From Limisphaerales bacterium (GTDB taxonomy: Bacteria > Verrucomicrobiota > Verrucomicrobiia > Limisphaerales > SIBE01), in assembly GCA_044225505.1 (NCBI GenBank), contig JBGAIN010000019.1, positions 1-64,000 on the forward strand: DNA of 64,000 bases, read 5' to 3'. How positions within the stretch are numbered: the first letter of the stretch is position 1; every line of letters begins with the position of its first letter. The notes below the pieces were generated by a model that had not been told where the DNA came from, ran no database searches, and saw only the letters and a program-made list of their open reading frames with translations. Positions 53,836 to 63,855 of this stretch are shown piece by piece. A program made the translations under genes and the position numbers.

Positions 53836-55026
53836 GTGGTTATACCGGTCATAACTGGAGCAGACGTGGCGTGCGCCTTGGGCGACAACCTGACGGAATC
53901 CATGGCTCACATGGATCGTCGAGAGTCGGGCTTGAAACCGCTCGCGGAATTGTTGCGCAAAGATTCGGAGTTTGGTGGGCTGATGGCAGGTTGGATTCCC
54001 AACCGGCGCCTCCTCTTGGGCAGGCGCTATGGCGCAGCGAGCAACGCCGCCGTGCAGGTCAGTCGGCGCGCCTGCGAAGGTGCGGGCTGGACCGATGCCG
54101 TCCGGCGACATGCTTGGCTGTTTGTCGGCTCGAGCCGGGGTAATACCGGCGAACTCGTCGGAGCTTGGCCTGAACGCCGCCCTATTAGCCGCTTCCGGGC
54201 GAGCAACCTGATGCATAGCGAAATCGCGGCCGCCGTTAGCATCGAATTGGGAATTCGCGGGCCTTGGCAGGTCTTCTCCAATGGGTGCGCGTCCGGCTTG
54301 GATGCCCTCGGATTTGCGGCCATGGCCTTGAAAGCTGGCGTCACGCCGCGCGCCCTTGTTGTGGCGGTGGATCTTCCGTTGATTCCCGAGCTGCTCGCCG
54401 CCTTCCGCGCCACCGGAGTCCTCAGCACCAACAACGTCAACGACCCGTATTCTGCGGACACAACAGGATTCCTTCCGGGCGAAGCAGCCGTGGCCGTGAC
54501 TCTCGAACGCTCTTCCGAGAGCGATGGATGGTGTGCCGTTGAAAACTATTCTGCAACCAGTGACGCATTCGACGCGGTCCAAATTCCCGAAGACGGGGCC
54601 GGAATTGCCGAGTGCCTAAGCCAAGCCGTAGCGTCATGCGCACCGGAGTCCATTGCCGCTGTCTGCCCGCATGCAACCGGGACATTAAATCATGCGCGCT
54701 CGGAATTGTCCGCCCTGCACTCCATATTCAAAGCAAGCTTGTCTCCGGCATGCCTTTTGGTGAAGCCTTACACGGGCCACACGCTGGGTGCGAGCGGGTT
54801 ACTCGACGTGGCCCTACTAGCCGCCTCGCTCAAAGCCGGTCGACTTATGCCGAACCTATCGGGACTCACAGGAGCCAACGGACCTTTCCGAATGCCAGCG
54901 AATCACACGCTGATTCCTCGCGGGGGCAGGGTCGTCAAACTGAGTGTGGGGATGGGAGGACATAATGCCGCAGTTGTCCTCTCGACCAGCCATGACAGTG
55001 CCTCTTTCGCCAGTTCAAGAAAATAA
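53836..55026 (+). CDS. Stand-alone beta-ketoacyl synthase (FabB/FabF-like)
   Basis: Catalytic Cys-His-His triad: NGCASG, HATGT, GHTLGASG; GMGGHNA. Confidence 0.85.
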   Translation: MVIPVITGADVACALGDNLTESMAHMDRRESGLKPLAELLRKDSEFGGLMAGWIPNRRLLLGRRYGAASNAAVQVSRRACEGAGWTDAVRRHAWLFVGSSRGNTGELVGAWPERRPISRFRASNLMHSEIAAAVSIELGIRGPWQVFSNGCASGLDALGFAAMALKAGVTPRALVVAVDLPLIPELLAAFRATGVLSTNNVNDPYSADTTGFLPGEAAVAVTLERSSESDGWCAVENYSATSDAFDAVQIPEDGAGIAECLSQAVASCAPESIAAVCPHATGTLNHARSELSALHSIFKASLSPACLLVKPYTGHTLGASGLLDVALLAASLKAGRLMPNLSGLTGANGPFRMPANHTLIPRGGRVVKLSVGMGGHNAAVVLSTSHDSASFASSRK

Positions 55027-55383
55027 GAAGTAAGTGTTGCACTCGGCGTCGCGCTTCGGACATGGTGACCACTATGCCGGACCATGACGGGCCGGTAATC
55101 GGGCGGTCCGGGCAGGTCCGCATAACGAAGATCAGGGGGCACAGGCGGGTTCCAGTCAGATATACCCTCCACTTAACCCCGGGTCCGGTGGAATCGTTTT
55201 CTTGGATGCCACCACCGGTAAGAAGGATTCTGTCTACCACCATCCACCAATTGGTGGAATCAGGATTAGCTTTGGGGAATCCGAGGAATGAAGCGGCCCC
55301 ACTCGTTTATGTCCTAAATGACAGTGATAGCGTCGTCGCTTTCTAGGCAGAACCGCTGGCCCGCAACGCCGACGAGGCGGTAG

Positions 55384-56649
55384 TCACGAGTCTTTTTTTC
55401 CCACCGCCAGCCACTTCAATCGCCCCCAAAACCCTCCAAAGTTATTCCGCCAGTTATCCAGCTCGGCCTCGAGATTTCGCAGCTTTTCGTCGATGCCCTT
55501 GGATGAAGCGCGAAGCTGTGCCCCAAGTTGCTCACAGATCTCTCGATGTTCGCGGGCTTTGGCCGCTTCCTGCGAAGCCTCCTGTAGTTTCTGATCGACC
55601 GCTGCCAAACGCTCGCCTAATTCTGCCTGGCCAGTCTGCAACTCCGAGCGCATTTCTGCGCTAGATTCTGCTAATCGTTCGGTCTCGGCCAAAACCTCGG
55701 ACGCTCGGCTTGCCTCCGATGCCGCTTTGGCAGCGCTCTGCTCCATTCGACCAGAGACGTCGGAAAACTCGCGTTCCGTATTCTGCCACGTCGCCGCCAG
55801 CTCCTCACTTTTAAGGCGGAGCAAGTCCATCAGCGCTTCGCACTCTGACTTCAGTTTGCTCGCCAATTCTGCAGCCGCTGTGGTCGTCTGGGAATGTTGG
55901 ACGACGGCCGACGCATTTGACTCCGCCGTTTGAACCAAGCGCGTCAAGGTTTCCTCGACATCCGTCTGGCGCGCGACCGCGTCTGCATGGAGCTGCCGCA
56001 GCGACTCTGCCGACGCCTGACTCTGGCTCAGGAGCTCATGAATTGTTTGCGCCTGGTCCGCCAGTCGTGCGACATCTTGTTCCACACCCGCTCCTAAACT
56101 GGCCATTTTCTCGTGCACGCCGTCCCAGGTCACCGAAAGCTCTTCGACGCGGCGCACCATGGCGTTGGAGCTTTGCTCGCAGCCAGTCTGAGCTGTACGA
56201 CACGCGTCCGCGGATTGCCTCGCTTCTTCCGCAAGGCGAGTTGCCAGAGTGGTCTGCTCCGCCGCCAAGTCCAACTGCGCGCTAAAATGCTCGCGGGCTT
56301 CTGCGTCGATCTTGCGAAAGGTCTGCTCAAGGCGCTGGCACTGCTGAATCGCTGCGTCGCTGGATTGCCTCCATTTCTCTAAATGATCCAACCTCTGGGC
56401 TAGTTGCGCGGCACTTTCCTCAGCTTGGTTCTTCTGCGCCGCAAGGCGACTCTGCAACTCACCGATGGCTTTCTCGACTTCCGCAACCTTGCTGACACCC
56501 GCTTTACCGTCGAGAGCAACTTCATCGGCCTTGGTTTTAATCCAAGCCGCCAAGGTCTCGAGGTCTTTGCGGAGATGGTGGATGTTGTCGATTTTGGCAG
56601 TGGCCAATAACCGACTCTTCTCTGGCTGCCATTGCAGTATGTTGTTCAT
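55384..56649 (-). CDS. Long coiled-coil protein with C-terminal amphipathic motif
   Basis: 421 aa rich in A/E/Q/L heptads; ends FGGFWGRLKWLAVGKKDS. Confidence 0.75.
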   Translation of the reverse strand: MNNILQWQPEKSRLLATAKIDNIHHLRKDLETLAAWIKTKADEVALDGKAGVSKVAEVEKAIGELQSRLAAQKNQAEESAAQLAQRLDHLEKWRQSSDAAIQQCQRLEQTFRKIDAEAREHFSAQLDLAAEQTTLATRLAEEARQSADACRTAQTGCEQSSNAMVRRVEELSVTWDGVHEKMASLGAGVEQDVARLADQAQTIHELLSQSQASAESLRQLHADAVARQTDVEETLTRLVQTAESNASAVVQHSQTTTAAAELASKLKSECEALMDLLRLKSEELAATWQNTEREFSDVSGRMEQSAAKAASEASRASEVLAETERLAESSAEMRSELQTGQAELGERLAAVDQKLQEASQEAAKAREHREICEQLGAQLRASSKGIDEKLRNLEAELDNWRNNFGGFWGRLKWLAVGKKDS

Positions 56650-56764
56650 TCGGCCAGCGGAAAGTTAAGCGGTATGGTCGGAAGACTTCCAGAACCTGGA
56701 CCGCCGAACTACTGGCCCGATTAAACCCGATCACTGCTACACGTCAACTGTTTCACACTCGAGA

Positions 56765-57727
56765 CTAGACCCCCGAAATTCGTCCGCGGAAGAAATGAAT
56801 CAAGACTTTGAGCGTCAACTCGGTGGAAGCCAACGGTCCCGAGATGATGTCGGTAGCACCGCTGATTTCCAGCATCGACCTTTGTTCCAAGTCGTCTTGC
56901 GGCAACTGAACCATCACCGTAGTCATCGAGTGCCGCGACATTTGCCGAACACTCTGACAAAAACGCGGTCCGACGCTCGCGTTCTCGTCCGCCCGCATCA
57001 GAATCACGTCGACGTCGTTGTTGACCAGCAGACCAACCGCCGTGCAGGCCTGGGCGATGCCAATACCTGCAATACCCGCCTTCTCCAACGCCGCCAAGAT
57101 TCGAATCCTAGCGTCCGCCTCTCGGGCCACCACGAGAACCCGCGCACCCTCTGCCCGACCGACCACCCCAGGGTTGGCTCCAGCGAGAAGCCCTAGGAGT
57201 TCAACACTTTGCACGAGAGTCTGAATCGTGGAAGGGCTAATCTCAAGGGTCCAGTCAATCGCTTCCCGTAGAAAAGAGCTCAGGGCTTCTGCGACTTGGG
57301 CCAAGCCGTGCAACTGCGCAATCCGCGCGTAGCCTGCAAGCCATTGGCAGTGCATCGAGAAATCATTCAAGCAGCTCTGTTGCTGCCGGTGGGTATTGCA
57401 TTCCCCGAGCCGACACATCTCATTGCGGACTCGTTCCAGCAGTGCAGGGATGTTTTGGAACAACGGATGGCCCGTTCCCTCCTGATGCTGTGGACAATTG
57501 GCTTCGAGGTTGTCCCATCCGGTCTGAGGGACCTCTTCCGATCGTCCGTGGGCGTCGATCCAAGCCGCCGAAGAACCTTGCCGCACGGCCGGCGAGACCG
57601 AACGAAAGTTCCCTCCGGAAGCCGGTATTTCATCAAGTTTCGGGAACATTGGATTGACGATTTGCTTCAACATGTCTCGACCTAGGACCTTTCTGTCCAC
57701 ATTTTGGACTCCACTTATTAAACCCAT
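56765..57727 (-). CDS. Hpt-like plus pseudo-receiver domain protein
   Basis: Helical segment LAGYARIAQLHGLAQVAEAL; C-terminal receiver-like fold RVLVV...DVILMR...GATDIISGP lacking the catalytic Asp and Lys. Confidence 0.6.
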   Translation of the reverse strand: MGLISGVQNVDRKVLGRDMLKQIVNPMFPKLDEIPASGGNFRSVSPAVRQGSSAAWIDAHGRSEEVPQTGWDNLEANCPQHQEGTGHPLFQNIPALLERVRNEMCRLGECNTHRQQQSCLNDFSMHCQWLAGYARIAQLHGLAQVAEALSSFLREAIDWTLEISPSTIQTLVQSVELLGLLAGANPGVVGRAEGARVLVVAREADARIRILAALEKAGIAGIGIAQACTAVGLLVNNDVDVILMRADENASVGPRFCQSVRQMSRHSMTTVMVQLPQDDLEQRSMLEISGATDIISGPLASTELTLKVLIHFFRGRISGV

Positions 57728-58109
57728 CTGCTCCTAAGGCTGGTAACCACAATCCGAAATAACTTTTCTGATATTCTCTAACGCTCCCAAGCGTCTCCTT
57801 TCCATAACCTTACACAGCGTAAAGACCACGTCCACCGTGAGCCAACGCCAGTTCCCTGAGTGCTCGTCTCGGGGCAAGAGCCTCAGTCAGCGAACGTCAG
57901 CCTGAGTCTTCCGGTTCTTTGTCTTGGATGTGAGCAGGGCTGTCCACCGCTCAACGAGCTTTGAAGGTGGACCGCCGACGTCTGCCTTCAAGAAGACTCA
58001 TATCTGAGCCCAGATTGCTGGGGTTTCTCAATGTTCAAACGATCGTCAAACCAGCGGCATAACGCCTGCTTATCGAGTGATCCGACAGGTAGTGACGGTG
58101 CCTGAGACT

Positions 58110-60797
58110 ATGCAAAACATTCTATTGCTGGGGGCCGATCCCGCGACAGTTTCATTATATCGAATGCAGTTTGAGCAAGCCGGTGTTGCGCTTGCCTCAG
58201 CAGAACTCGTCGAACCTCTTGGAGATTTTATTCGATTAGCGCAACCCGACGCCGTCCTTCTAGATATCACTCAATCGAAGTCAAACACGGAAGAGTTGAT
58301 CCGCGGCTTGCGCAGCCAGGCAGAGTTCAAGGATTTGCCGGTTTTCACTTTGACTGACCCTCGCGCCGGTACCAACGATTCGAGCAGTGCGACTCGAGCA
58401 TTCCCTAAAGTACCGGCGAGGGCGCCGGAAGTCGTTAAAGCCGTAGCGCAAAGTTTGGCCAACGTTGGACAAACCGGCCCGCTAGCAGCCACGCCGCCGG
58501 CTGCCAATCCGGCAACCGAAATTAAGCGACTGACGGTGGGCGCCCAGCGATCGACCTTCCCGGAAGAAGTGGGTGCCACGGTCCGTCAATTGTCAGAATC
58601 GTTCAGAGCATTTTCTACAACGACACCAGAAAGCCGCTCCGAACCCTTGCAGAAGATGCAAGAGCATGTTCGCAACTTGCGTCGGGTGTTACTGACTGCA
58701 AAATGTCCCGCGCTTACGGCATTCACTTCCGCTCTAGCTCGGCTTTTGATCACACTGGCCAAAGATACCGGCCGAGTGAATTCGTCTTCGTTAAAAACGC
58801 TTTCAGCCTCGATCGACGCCTTGACAGTTGCCACACTACCGACGACAGATTCGTCAGACTTCGAGAAGGGGCCCGTTCGCATTATAGTGCTTGATGACGA
58901 CGCGTTATCGAGACGCGCACTCCAATTTGCGTTGGGCTGTCCTGATGTTGAGTTGGAAGATTGCGCCAGCACCGGCCAAGCGCTGGATAGCCTTCGAGAC
59001 GAGGAGTTCGACGTTGTCTTCACCGATTTCAAAATGGTTCGGAGCGGAGAATTCTCAGCTGAGTTAAAAAAGATCCCCGGACACGCGGACCTGCCGATTG
59101 TGGTTGTCACTGCCAGTGCTGAATTTGACGTGCGCATTCAGTCAACTCTGAATGGAACAGCGGATGTCATCACCAAGCCCTTTACGCCGAGTGAAATGGT
59201 GGTGAAAGCCTTCACTTTCGCCATCAAGCGGCGCATGGGCAAACCATCTTCTGTCGTCGTAATTTCGGGAACAGCCTTAGAACCAGGGGATAGACTTGCT
59301 CCCAGCGAGGATCAAGATGCTCCTCGGGAAGTGTCAGAACGCCGCAGTGCCAGCGGCCATTTAAATGGGGGCAACGACTGCCTGGTCCCTGCTCCGTCCT
59401 TGCCTCGATTTACTCTCTCCCCCTCACGTGCCATGACTCCCGAGGCAACACCGACTAACCTCGAGGAAACATCAAAGACTGATATGCGATACTATATTGA
59501 ACCGCCAGCCTCGCAAGCGAACGAGCTTAGGGAAAAACTGGACGCCGCAGAACAGCGCGTTGAAGCGCAAACGAAAGCCTGTACCGAACTGGCCGCCGCC
59601 AAGGAACAAGCGGAAGCCGCTGTGGCCGCCAGCTTGGCGCGGCTCAAGGAGCTCGAATTGCGCGTTGAAGGCGAGACCAATGCCCGCCAAGCGGCCGATC
59701 AACAGTTGGGCTCGCTTCAACAGCGAGCGGGGGAACTCGAACAGGGCCTCAATCGCGAACGGACCGCACTGCAGGAATTGCAGTCCCAACAAACCGCTCT
59801 GCAACAAGCTGAAGCGAACCTAAAAGCACAACTTACAGAACGTGAAGGGACTCTGGCGGAGCTACGTTCCACGCTCGCTCGCGTGGAGAGTCAAGCCGCC
59901 GCGGAAGCCGCTCGCCGTGACGCCGTGGAGAAAGAGGCGCAAGCCGCTGCTGAAAAGCAGCGCCTGCTCGAAAAGCAGTTAGAGGAACGCCAGCGAGCCG
60001 CGGAGCAGCAGCAAGCAACACTTGCCCCTGAACTACAGCGTCTGCAACATAGTCTGGAGGGCACGCGATCCGAAAACGCGTCACTTAAATCCAAGATCCA
60101 CGAACTGGAACGCGCCATCTCACAGCACAACACCAGCGATGTTGCGAAGGCCCCGGCCGATTCCGAACATGGAGAAGGCCGTGCCACTGAAGCCCCGTTG
60201 CAGCGCAAGTTTCAGGAGATGGCCGCCTACGAACTCGTTACAGGTGAATTGGTCAGAGTGCGAAGCCAATTGCGTGACGAACGTTCTCAACGCCAGCGTC
60301 TGGAGGCCTCGATCGGCGAAGCCGAAGGGATTAAAGAAGAGCTGAGTCGCAAACTTGAAACGTCTCAAGCAAGTGAGCGCACGTGTGTGCAAACGATTGA
60401 ATCCCTGCAGATGAAGCTGCAGGAAGCGGCCGCTAAAGTCGAATCGCTCGAGGCGTCCAACCTGACCCACGCTCGCGAAAATCGTCGCTTGCAGCTCCGC
60501 GCGAAAGATCTTGAGCAAGAGCTCACCGAGATGTCGAACCAGCTCAGCACGCAAGCCGTTCTGGAACAGTCACGCCGCAGGCATGAAGCCGAATTGGAAG
60601 CCTGTATGCTGCAACAGCAAGCCGAACTCGCCAATGCTAAAGCGGCACTTGCGAAGGAAGACGCCGCAATCAAACGCGCCCGCGAGAAGATTCAATCTGC
60701 TCTGTGTCGCGTGATCCACGACTTGGACAGCGAAAAGGACTCCCTCTTCTCCGAAGCGGTCGAGTCCGAAGAATTGGTCCAGGCGTCAGCTGCTTGA
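58110..60797 (+). CDS. Multidomain response regulator: atypical REC, Hpt-like, canonical REC, long coiled coil
   Basis: PDAVLLDI; IIVLDDD...VVFTD...VVT...ITKPF; about 420-aa coiled-coil tail. Confidence 0.8.
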   Translation: MQNILLLGADPATVSLYRMQFEQAGVALASAELVEPLGDFIRLAQPDAVLLDITQSKSNTEELIRGLRSQAEFKDLPVFTLTDPRAGTNDSSSATRAFPKVPARAPEVVKAVAQSLANVGQTGPLAATPPAANPATEIKRLTVGAQRSTFPEEVGATVRQLSESFRAFSTTTPESRSEPLQKMQEHVRNLRRVLLTAKCPALTAFTSALARLLITLAKDTGRVNSSSLKTLSASIDALTVATLPTTDSSDFEKGPVRIIVLDDDALSRRALQFALGCPDVELEDCASTGQALDSLRDEEFDVVFTDFKMVRSGEFSAELKKIPGHADLPIVVVTASAEFDVRIQSTLNGTADVITKPFTPSEMVVKAFTFAIKRRMGKPSSVVVISGTALEPGDRLAPSEDQDAPREVSERRSASGHLNGGNDCLVPAPSLPRFTLSPSRAMTPEATPTNLEETSKTDMRYYIEPPASQANELREKLDAAEQRVEAQTKACTELAAAKEQAEAAVAASLARLKELELRVEGETNARQAADQQLGSLQQRAGELEQGLNRERTALQELQSQQTALQQAEANLKAQLTEREGTLAELRSTLARVESQAAAEAARRDAVEKEAQAAAEKQRLLEKQLEERQRAAEQQQATLAPELQRLQHSLEGTRSENASLKSKIHELERAISQHNTSDVAKAPADSEHGEGRATEAPLQRKFQEMAAYELVTGELVRVRSQLRDERSQRQRLEASIGEAEGIKEELSRKLETSQASERTCVQTIESLQMKLQEAAAKVESLEASNLTHARENRRLQLRAKDLEQELTEMSNQLSTQAVLEQSRRRHEAELEACMLQQQAELANAKAALAKEDAAIKRAREKIQSALCRVIHDLDSEKDSLFSEAVESEELVQASAA

Positions 60798-60948
60798 ACC
60801 CGGATTTCCTCCGGTGGGCCAATTCCGAAACTCTGCCCCTTCAGGGATTTGAGTCGGACCGCCCTCCGGGGGGTAGGTCTTACCTTCCTCGGCACCCGTC
60901 GATCACCGAAGGTCGACGCGTTGTCGACCTCAGCGTCGATTCCAGGTT

Positions 60949-62196
60949 CTAGAAGTGAAACACGACCTCGTCTAAACGTTGGCGGATTTCATTTAGGACG
61001 CGTGATTCATCGGCGACATCCTTCGCTAGGAACGTAACGCTAAACCGAAGGTAAGATCCGGCGTCATCCCACGGAACGGTTGAAATCAACTTTTCCGTGA
61101 TTAGCCACTGTGAAACCTCCTCCGCAGATTTGAATTCGGTCCGGCTTCCATTCTTTAGCACTGCTGCCTTCGGCGCCTTGACGTAAAGAAAAAACGAACC
61201 TTTCGGCTTCCGGGCGCTGAATCCAAGGTCTTGTAAAACCTGGACCAGACCGTCCATCCGGCGCGAATATTTGGCCGCAATCTTCTGTGTGATCTCGGGG
61301 TGATCAAAGCAATACGCAGCTGCGTGCTGAATCGCCAAGAACTGACCCGAATCGGTGTTGTCCTTGACATCGCCATACGCTTTCACCAGCAGCGGATTGC
61401 CTGCGACAAACCCACAACGCCACCCAGTCATGTTGAAACTCTTGCTGGTGGAGTGCAACTCCACGGCCACTTCCTTTGCCCCAGGGACCGACAATATACT
61501 GTTCGGTTTTCCCTCAAACACGAGCGCCGCGTAAGCTGCATCATGCACAACCACTAATCGATGTTGCCTCGCGAATTCGATCACCCTTGAAAAGAATTCG
61601 GGCGTCGCACTGCCTCCGGTGGGATTGTTGGGATAGTTCAGAACGAGAACTTTTGATTTTTCCAGAACTTCCTTGGGAATAGACTCGAGATCCGGGAGAA
61701 AATGGTTCGCCTCTGTCAATGGCAACTGGTGGACACGCCCTTCATAATACTTGGCATGTGTCCCGAACACTGGATAACCCGGAGTCGTCATCAAGACGTA
61801 ATCGCCAGGGTTTATAAGTGCCGCCGGAAGAATGGAAAGCGCGGCTTTGTTCCCAATAGAATGGATCACCTCGGTTTCCGCATCGATCTTTTGGGCTCCG
61901 CATACTCGTTCCAGATACCTGGCGGCAGCCGTCTTCAACACTTGATCCCCGTTATCCGCATAGCCTCGGTTCTCCGGCTTTCTTGCCTCAATATTCAGAC
62001 ACTCGACTACTTCCGGAAACGCCATTTCGTCCGGCTCACCCACTCCCATGTCGATGATCTCAGAGCCCGGGCGCGCCGCCAACGCGGCACGCTTCGCCCG
62101 CTTTATCTTTTCAAACTTATAAATTGCAGTCGACTTGCCGTACTGCCGCCCGCCAATGCGTTCGGCAAATAGATTCTGAATGTAAGAGTCCGACAT
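60949..62196 (-). CDS. dapL: LL-diaminopimelate aminotransferase
   Basis: FAERIGG, IYKFEKIKRAK, NYPNNPTG, HDAAY, HSTSKSFNMTGWR, KDNTDSGQF. Confidence 0.85.
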   Translation of the reverse strand: MSDSYIQNLFAERIGGRQYGKSTAIYKFEKIKRAKRAALAARPGSEIIDMGVGEPDEMAFPEVVECLNIEARKPENRGYADNGDQVLKTAAARYLERVCGAQKIDAETEVIHSIGNKAALSILPAALINPGDYVLMTTPGYPVFGTHAKYYEGRVHQLPLTEANHFLPDLESIPKEVLEKSKVLVLNYPNNPTGGSATPEFFSRVIEFARQHRLVVVHDAAYAALVFEGKPNSILSVPGAKEVAVELHSTSKSFNMTGWRCGFVAGNPLLVKAYGDVKDNTDSGQFLAIQHAAAYCFDHPEITQKIAAKYSRRMDGLVQVLQDLGFSARKPKGSFFLYVKAPKAAVLKNGSRTEFKSAEEVSQWLITEKLISTVPWDDAGSYLRFSVTFLAKDVADESRVLNEIRQRLDEVVFHF

Positions 62197-62368
62197 AAAA
62201 GCATTCCATTTATCGGCCCGGCAGCGTCTTGGAACCGAGCCTGGCACGGCATATTGTCTCAAAAGAAAATATCAGCCGGCGCCACGTTCAGCCGCGGAAG
62301 CTAACGGATCGTACGGACCGGCGCAAGCTCACGTGAAATCCTGTCGAGGCGAGCCCTCCTGGAAACCC

Positions 62369-63574
62369 TCACGAGGCGCAAGCCAGAAGCTTTGCCTCCG
62401 AGTCCAATCGAATGAACTTTTCTGCAGCAAGATCAGCGAAGCGCAGACCACGGCGGGTCAGGTGAAATCCGTGCGGGTCTTCAACGGCCAATCCGTCCGC
62501 GACCAAGCCCCGGATCTCCGGCGCCCAATGCGATCGCAAATCGAATCCTGTCACGTCTCGAAACTCACTGTAGGACCAGCCTGCCGTCATCCGCAGGCCG
62601 AACGCTGCCGTTTCGCCAGCCCGAGCCAAGGGCGATAGGGTTTCCCTAAACTCAAATGGACGAACGCCGTGCTCCAACCGTTCACAGTAGAGTCCCGTGT
62701 TCGATATGTTTTTCGTGCGGACTCCTTTTATATACCCGGTGGCGCTAGGGCCAACTCCGTGGAACTCCCCGCCTCGCCAGTAATTAACATTGTGTCGACA
62801 AGCGCGACCGGGAACTCCAGGGTGATCGTTCGGCAGGGGGCGGGCGAAGTTTGCGACTTCATACTGTCGGAACCCTGCTGCCTCCGCGCGCGCGACGAGT
62901 TCTTCGTACATATCGCACGCCAATTCCTCATCCACTTCAAACTGCCCGGCCCGCAGCTGGGCAAAGAGAGGGGTGTCTTCTTCGTAAATTACCTCGTAGC
63001 AGGACAAATGCTCACTCCCAAAAGCCAGCGCTTCACAGATCGTCTTCTGCCAGACTCCCAGTGTTTGGCCTGGAATGGCAAACATGAGATCGAGGTTGAT
63101 ATTCTCAAAGCCCGCTGCGCGCAAAATATCGAACGACTTGAAAACCATCTCGCGCGTATGAATCCGTCCCAAGCGCTCGAGTAGCTGACTATCCAGCGAC
63201 TGCACGCCCATGGAGACCCGGTTGACGCCGTAGGATCGCAGTAATTTCGCTTTGTCCAGAGAGAGTGTTGCTGGGTTACACTCGACGGTCCACTCTTGCG
63301 CTCCTAGTAAGCTCAAGCGCTCCATGGCTGACAAGACGGTCTGCCATTGGTCAATCGTTAACAAAGTGGGCGTGCCCCCACCAAAGAACACTGTGCGCGG
63401 GCGAACTTCTCCAGCGATCAGCTCTAACTCTCGAATGAGCGCCACGACATATCGGTGCAAAACGTCCCCCGATGGAGCATGGGAATAGAAGGCACAATAC
63501 TCGCATTTGTGCGCACAAAATGGCACGTGCACATACAAGCTAGAAATCGGATTCGTCAACTCCACGGCGTTCAT
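62369..63574 (-). CDS. hemW: Radical SAM heme chaperone HemW
   Basis: YVHVPFCAHKCEYCAF, FGGGTPT, YEVANFA, HNVNYW. Confidence 0.92.
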   Translation of the reverse strand: MNAVELTNPISSLYVHVPFCAHKCEYCAFYSHAPSGDVLHRYVVALIRELELIAGEVRPRTVFFGGGTPTLLTIDQWQTVLSAMERLSLLGAQEWTVECNPATLSLDKAKLLRSYGVNRVSMGVQSLDSQLLERLGRIHTREMVFKSFDILRAAGFENINLDLMFAIPGQTLGVWQKTICEALAFGSEHLSCYEVIYEEDTPLFAQLRAGQFEVDEELACDMYEELVARAEAAGFRQYEVANFARPLPNDHPGVPGRACRHNVNYWRGGEFHGVGPSATGYIKGVRTKNISNTGLYCERLEHGVRPFEFRETLSPLARAGETAAFGLRMTAGWSYSEFRDVTGFDLRSHWAPEIRGLVADGLAVEDPHGFHLTRRGLRFADLAAEKFIRLDSEAKLLACAS

Positions 63575-63648
63575 GGAAAGAGCTTACCGTGGAAGGCGAC
63601 CGCAGACAACCCACCGGACATCAACTGCGGCGCGATTGACGGACGGCG

Positions 63649-63855
63649 CTACGCTTCGCGGCGCTGGACATTTTGGGCCTTCCAGCCCTTGTTGCTTTCG
63701 ACAATATCGAAATTGACCACTTCTCCCTCCGCCAATGTCTTGTAGCCATTGCCCTGGATGGAGGAATAGTGAACAAAGACATCTTTGCCTGACTCGTGCA
63801 AAATGAATCCGAACCCCTTTTTGTTGTCGAACCACTTTACTTTGCCACTCACCAT
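63649..63855 (-). CDS. Cold-shock protein (CspA family)
   Basis: [22 protein letters not shown]. Confidence 0.95.
   Translation of the reverse strand: MVSGKVKWFDNKKGFGFILHESGKDVFVHYSSIQGNGYKTLAEGEVVNFDIVESNKGWKAQNVQRREA

Noticed and set aside
53821..54582. 253-aa minus-strand ORF
   Set aside because: Antisense to the ketosynthase
55062..55346. 94-aa ORF after the ketosynthase as a possible acyl carrier protein
   Set aside because: Not acidic or helical and has no properly placed DSL-type motif; coding status uncertain
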